A stretch of 64,000 nucleotides of DNA, taken from positions 288,001 through 352,000 of the forward strand of contig CAVVPN010000012.1 in NCBI GenBank assembly GCA_963750165.1, in the 5' to 3' direction. Position numbers and translations under genes: made by a program. The stretch's first letter is position 1. Every line of letters begins with the position of its first letter. A model generated the notes under the pieces. The model was given only the letters and a program-made list of their open reading frames with translations. It was not told the DNA's origin and searched no databases. The stretch is from an uncultured Gemmataceae bacterium (lineage in GTDB: Bacteria > Planctomycetota > Planctomycetia > Gemmatales > Gemmataceae). This document shows, piece after piece, positions 59,381 to 64,000 of this stretch.

Positions 59381-59791
59381 TCAGTCTGCCTTGGGGACTT
59401 GAAGCCCCATCTGACGCCACCGGGCTGCCATTTCGCTGGCAGCCTTTCGTTTTTGCTCTTGAGTGCCAGGCGTCGATTCTTCGGGATATTCGGCCCAGTA
59501 GAGCACGTCCCGGTAGTCCTGATTCGCCGCGTCAATCATGGCCTCCAGATCGGCCAGTTTACCCCCGGAAAGAGCTAAAACAGCTCGATGCACGCGGGGC
59601 GTCTCAGGCCCACGGTATTGCCGGAGCGCGGCTAACGCGGCAGTGCAATCCGCTTCGGAGAACCCGACTGCAACGGCACGCCGCGCACCCGGCGCAATTC
59701 TGACAGGCTTGGCGTTCAGTTGCGCGACGGCTTGGGCCAAGACCCAAGGGTTCACCTGGATGCTCACCGGCTTCTTTTCTTTCTTGGACAC
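59381..59791 (-). CDS. Cassette ORF, hypothetical protein
   Basis: GTG start after GAGG right behind an attC; RVHRAVLALSGG...DYRDVLYWAE. Confidence 0.75.
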   Translation of the reverse strand: MSKKEKKPVSIQVNPWVLAQAVAQLNAKPVRIAPGARRAVAVGFSEADCTAALAALRQYRGPETPRVHRAVLALSGGKLADLEAMIDAANQDYRDVLYWAEYPEESTPGTQEQKRKAASEMAARWRQMGLQVPKAD

Positions 59792-59803
59792 GTTGCAAAC
59801 CTC

Positions 59804-59898
59804 GCCGAACGCAGAGTTCACGAACCGGGCGCGCTGGGCCGACTCACCGTCAGAGGGACCGGGAGGCGCGCCCGGTTTCGTGCAACGGCGGGTTCGGC
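59804..59898 (-). other. attC-like site
   Basis: GCCGAAC-CCGCC-GTTGCACG...CGTGAAC-TCTGC-GTTCGGC with a long central stem. Confidence 0.8.
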
Positions 59899-60181
59899 TT
59901 GGCGGACCAGTTGCGCTGAACTCTGCGTTCCAAGTGCCGGCCGGTTGCCTCGGGATAGATCGCGTGGGCTGGTGGCAACCAGGGAACCAGACCCCACCGC
60001 AGCGAGCGGGAACGCATGGCCTCGCCGTAGCAACGGATCGGAGGCTTCCCGCCGCTCCTGGACTGCACGCCACGCCTGGTGGGCCAAGGCGGTTCGCGGT
60101 TCCGACGAGACACGCGTCTTAAGCCACGCGGCTCCGAATCGCTTAAACCTATGGTGCTACACCACTTATGACGCCAGCCAA

Positions 60182-60278
60182 GCCGAACGACCCAGCTCAG
60201 CCGCGACGGCCGCCCAGGGGACGGTGAAGCACGCGAAGCCGGAAAGCGGCCGTCGTCGGCTGCAGCGCCTGGTTCGGC
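60182..60278 (-). other. attC-like site
   Basis: GCCGAAC-CAGGC-GCTGCAGC-CGACGACGGCCGC...GCGGCCGTCGCG-GCTGAGC-TGGGTC-GTTCGGC; two extrahelical bases in the canonical positions. Confidence 0.9.
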
Positions 60279-60279
60279 G

Positions 60280-60549
60280 CTACGACCACAACTCCAGCAC
60301 CAACTTGAGGAGCCCGAGCGAAATCACGGCGGCGTAGGTTCCGACGAGAAGCGCGATCAAGCCGCCGCCCGTGACTGCGGCCGCCCCGCGGAGCCGAAGC
60401 ACAGAGCCCGGATACCAGGTGCGCAGCCCTCCGAGGTCGAGGTCGCGCCGCCAAGCGCCGCGCGCCGCGGCCAGCACGAGCGCGGTGCTGGCCACCGCGA
60501 AGCCGAGGAGTAGGGCGGCCAGCGCCCATACCAGCCACTGCGTAGTCAT
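60280..60549 (-). CDS. Cassette ORF: two-TM membrane protein
   Basis: GGAGG RBS; the stop abuts the attC; GTTCGGC lies just upstream. Confidence 0.7.
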   Translation of the reverse strand: MTTQWLVWALAALLLGFAVASTALVLAAARGAWRRDLDLGGLRTWYPGSVLRLRGAAAVTGGGLIALLVGTYAAVISLGLLKLVLELWS

Positions 60550-60566
60550 AAACACACCCTCCTGTA

Positions 60567-60585
60567 GCCGAACATGTGATTATCT
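60567..60585 (-). other. attI-like simple site
   Basis: AGATAAT-CACAT-GTTCGGC heads the array; same 5-nt spacing as the attI1 simple site CCCTAAA-ACAAA-GTT. Confidence 0.55.
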
Positions 60586-60880
60586 GGCGCAGCCAGCGCT
60601 CGATAGCGCGATAATAACAGACATCGTTAGCGTCACGGCCAACGAATCCGCCAAAACTAACCCGACAATCCGGCAATATCGCGCCCCAGCGCAAGATAAC
60701 GCCGTAAGCACAAACGTTTTCAACGCGGGCAACTGTTGCGCCTGGCCCGGGGCGGACGCCGGACATTGGGGCCAGAAACACAAAGTAACCGCCTCGAAAT
60801 GGGTCGTCAAGGAAAAATCCTGGATGAGAAAAGTTAAAGTTAGAAGCGGCGCGAAACGTACACGGGGCGCTCGCGGCGCT

Positions 60881-62081
60881 TCAATAGTCGCGCACCGAGC
60901 CGTCCGCGTAGCGCGGCAGCGGCCAGCGGAAGCGCCGCTTCGGATCCTTCGCGACCTTCTCCATTGCCTTCTCGTCCATCTCCACGCCCAGACCCGGCCC
61001 CTCCGGCAGCGACGCATTGCCATTCTTGTCCTGCGTCCAGTTTTTGCGAGCCACGCCCGCCGGCATGATGTGGCCGTCCAGGTAGCCCTCGTGGATCAGG
61101 AACAACGGCGTCGCCGCGGTCGCGTGCAGGCTGGCGGTCAGGCCCAGTTCCGAGCAGGTGTTGTGCGGCGCCAGCGGCACATGGTACGCCTCGCACAGCG
61201 CCGCGATCTTGCGCATCTGCGTGATGCCGCCGGTGTGGCCGCAGTCCGGCTGCAAAATGTCGATGCAGCGGTTTTGCAGGTACGCGATCACGTCCCAGAT
61301 GGTGCGGTCGCGCTCGCCGGTGGCGATCGGAATGCGGATGTGCTCCTTCAACCGCTTGAACACCTCGATGTTGCCCGGCACCGCCGGCTCCTCCAGGAAC
61401 AGAATGTCGTAGGGCTGAATCGCCGCCGCGAACTGCAGCAGCATCGGCGGCGGGATGGCGCAGTGGGCGTCGAACATGATGGTGCCCTCCGCCCCCAGCC
61501 GCTTGCGCGCGTCCTGCACGTTCTTGACCAGGCGGTTGATCTCGTCGGGGTTGGCCGAGAACGGGTGCGGCCCACCGGTGCCGAGCTTGGTCGCGGTCTT
61601 GCTCGGATACATGCGGATGCGGTCGCGCACCGGGCCGCCCAGCAGCCGATAGACCGGCACACCCCACAGCTTGCCAGTGATGTCCCACAGAGCCATGTCG
61701 ATGGCCGAGAGCGTGTGGACCATGAACGGCCCGCCGCGCATGTCGCGGTGCGAGCGGTACAGCTTCTGCCACAGGTGCTCGATGCGCGTCGGGTTCTCGC
61801 CGTCGAGCAGTTCGAACAGCGACTCCGCCAGGGCGCAGGCGACGCGCGGCTCCAGCCCCGTCACCTCGCCCCAGCCAACAACGTTCTGATTCGTCTCGAT
61901 CTTGACGAACGCTTTCGGGCCGACCGGCGTCGTGCGCAGGCCGCGGATGCGGATGGTCGCGCCGCGGTCCTCGACCTGGGCAGCGTGGGCGGTGCTGGAC
62001 GCCAGCAACACGCCGCCCGCCACCGCCGCCGCCGCGCCCGCCGCCAGCGCCGCGCCGGTCGGGCTGTTTCGCCTCGCTCAT
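60881..62081 (-). CDS. Mandelate racemase / galactonate dehydratase-like enolase-superfamily enzyme with Tat-like leader (indel near the 5' end)
   Basis: AIDMALWDITGK, MFDAH, FLEEP, IATGER, LQPD, LAPHN, PGLGVE. Confidence 0.92.
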
Positions 62082-62251
62082 GGGTGCCTCCGTTGAGAAT
62101 GAACCGGGGTCAGGGCGATTTTACCGAGATCAACACAATCCGACAGAGGGCCAAAACGAGCCCTGGCCCGATTCAACCGCCGCTCTACATTGAGCCGTAT
62201 CGGCTCCGCAAGTCGCCGAAGCCCTCCGGCAACGCATTCCGAGGCCCGGTC

Positions 62252-63805
62252 GTGCGCGCGTTCCTTTGGCGGTATCGGTTCGAGTGGCTGGCCGGCGTCC
62301 TGCTGGCCGGCGGCACGTTGCTGGCCTTCGCCCGGGTGCTGGACTGCGATTTTGTCAACTTCGACGACACGGCGTTCGTCCTGCGCAACATGGACGTGCA
62401 GGCGGGCCTGTCCGACGACGGCATTTTCTTTGCGTTCACCGACTCGAAAGTGTCCGGCTTCTGGCACCCGCTGTCGTGGATGTCGTTGCAGCTGGATCAC
62501 GACCTGTTCGGCCTGCAACCGTGGGGCTACCACCTGACGAACCTGCTGCTGCACGTCGCCAACACGCTGCTGCTGTTCGCGGCGCTGCGGTGGATGACCG
62601 GCGCTGTCTGGCGCAGCGCCGCGGTAGCGGCGCTGTTCGCGCTGCACCCGCTGCATGTCGAGCCGGTCGCCTGGGTGGCCAGCCGCAAGGATGTGCTCAG
62701 TACCTGCTTCTGGATGTTGACCACACTCTGCTATCTGTGGTTCGTGCAAAGACCCAGGTTCGAGCGTTATTTCCTGATGATGCTGCTGTTCGCCCTGGGT
62801 CTGCTGTCCAAGCCGATGCTGGTGACGCTGCCCTGCACGCTGCTGCTGCTCGACTGGTGGCCGCTGCGCCGTTTGCCGACCGTATCCTGGCGGCGGCTGC
62901 TGCTCGAAAAGTTGCCGCTGTTCGCGCTGGCTGCGGCATCGTCGGCCGCCAGCGTGTTCTTCATGACCGGCCGCGGCAGCCTGCGCGGCCTGGAGGGCTA
63001 CCCCCTGGGGCCGCGGCTGTCGAACGTCGTGGTCAGTTACGCGGTCTACCTCCGCCGGGTGCTCTGGCCGAACGATCTGACCGTCTTCTATCCGCTGCCG
63101 CTCGAGGGCCGACCGCCGGGCCAGGTTCTGGCCGCCGTCGCGGTGCTGCTGCTGGTGTCAGCGCTGTGTGTGTGGCAGGCCCGACGCCGGCCGTACCTGC
63201 TGATGGGCTGGCTGTGGTATCTGGGCACCCTGGTTCCGGCCATCGGCCTGTTCCAGGTGGCCAACCACACGTTGGCCGACCGCTATACCTATGTGCCGCT
63301 CATCGGCATCTTCTGGGCGGCGGTCTGGTTCGCCGCCGATGTGGTGCCCGCGCGGCTGCGCCGGCCCGTGCTGGTGCCCGCCACGCTGGCCGTGCTACTG
63401 CTGTGCGGCTGGGCCTCGTGGCGGCAACTGGCCGTCTGGCACGACAGCGTCGCCCTGTGGGAGAACGCCCTGGCGTACACGGAGAACAATTACCTCGCTC
63501 ACTACAGTCTGGCGCTGGAGCTGGAGGGAGCCGGACAGCTTGACGACGCCCGGACCCAGCACCTCGCGGCGGTGCGGATGCGGGACTGGGACGCCCGGGC
63601 CCATGTAAAACTCGCCCAGGCGTACGGGCGTCTGGGCCAGCCGCGCGCGGCGCTGGCCAGCTACCGCAGGGCGGTGGAGCTGGCGCCGCAGAACGTGGAC
63701 TTTCGTTTCTACCTGGCGCAGGCGTATCGCCGGCTGGGAGACACCGCGGCCGCCGAACGGGAGACGCAGGAAGGTGAACGGCTGTACTGGTGGACCAAAC
63801 GCTGA
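62252..63805 (+). CDS. TMTC-like GT-C membrane glycosyltransferase with C-terminal TPRs
   Basis: FVNFDD, WHPLSWMS, YHLTNLLLH, FALHPLHVEPVAWV..RKD, SKPMLVTLP, ADRYTYVP. Confidence 0.9.
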   Translation: MRAFLWRYRFEWLAGVLLAGGTLLAFARVLDCDFVNFDDTAFVLRNMDVQAGLSDDGIFFAFTDSKVSGFWHPLSWMSLQLDHDLFGLQPWGYHLTNLLLHVANTLLLFAALRWMTGAVWRSAAVAALFALHPLHVEPVAWVASRKDVLSTCFWMLTTLCYLWFVQRPRFERYFLMMLLFALGLLSKPMLVTLPCTLLLLDWWPLRRLPTVSWRRLLLEKLPLFALAAASSAASVFFMTGRGSLRGLEGYPLGPRLSNVVVSYAVYLRRVLWPNDLTVFYPLPLEGRPPGQVLAAVAVLLLVSALCVWQARRRPYLLMGWLWYLGTLVPAIGLFQVANHTLADRYTYVPLIGIFWAAVWFAADVVPARLRRPVLVPATLAVLLLCGWASWRQLAVWHDSVALWENALAYTENNYLAHYSLALELEGAGQLDDARTQHLAAVRMRDWDARAHVKLAQAYGRLGQPRAALASYRRAVELAPQNVDFRFYLAQAYRRLGDTAAAERETQEGERLYWWTKR

Positions 63806-64000
63806 GCGCGGGCGCTTCCCTTTGTGAAAAAGAGTGGTTGAGCGTGCAGGCTTATCATGAAGAGATGCCGCAAATGAGAAAGATCGATGAATAATCCCGT
63901 TTTCTCATCCTCACCGGACGCGAATCAGGTAATCTGAGGCTTATATAAGATGCTCCTTACCGGGAGGCGGTGCCCCAAATCGGTTCATTGGGAAGGAAGG

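Noticed and set aside
60371..62251. 1144-aa ORF as one giant protein
   Set aside because: The first ~630 codons are antisense to the dehydratase and cassette region; recognisable TMTC-like sequence starts near 62252.

Overview
High-GC Planctomycetota DNA, most likely Gemmataceae. Evidence: DUF1559 prepilin-like gene, LExRxxP extracellular motifs, DUF1553 and PPC-type gene fragments, TIGR03067 protein, multi-TM SecE. The core is the minus-strand cluster tRNA-Thr/Tyr/Gly/Thr-tuf-rpmG-tRNA-Trp-secE-nusG-rplKAJL-rpoB-rpoC (29.2-46.4 kb), with ordinary metabolic and secreted-protein genes at 46.6-64 kb. Everything downstream of rpoC (1-29 kb) is a scrambled accessory/defence hotspot. It holds a SWIM-SNF2 pair, TcmP-DUF5131, VapBC, a HEPN gene with a small SH3-like partner, an XRE-ParA-partner operon, a TIGR04255 / small protein / MazF-like triad, a DUF4365 pair, orphan antitoxin-like genes, MITEs carrying REP palindromes, several chimeric gene fragments, and an apparently identical 958-bp copy of the rpoC 3' end. 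Four small genes resembling toxin-tip/immunity pairs sit between rpoB and rpoC. An integrase-less array of attC-like sites with an attI-like site lies at 59-60.6 kb. Single-base indels occur even in rpoC and tuf, so the assembly probably carries sequencing errors and frameshifts alone are not evidence of pseudogenes. Family names come from motif recognition, not database searches.
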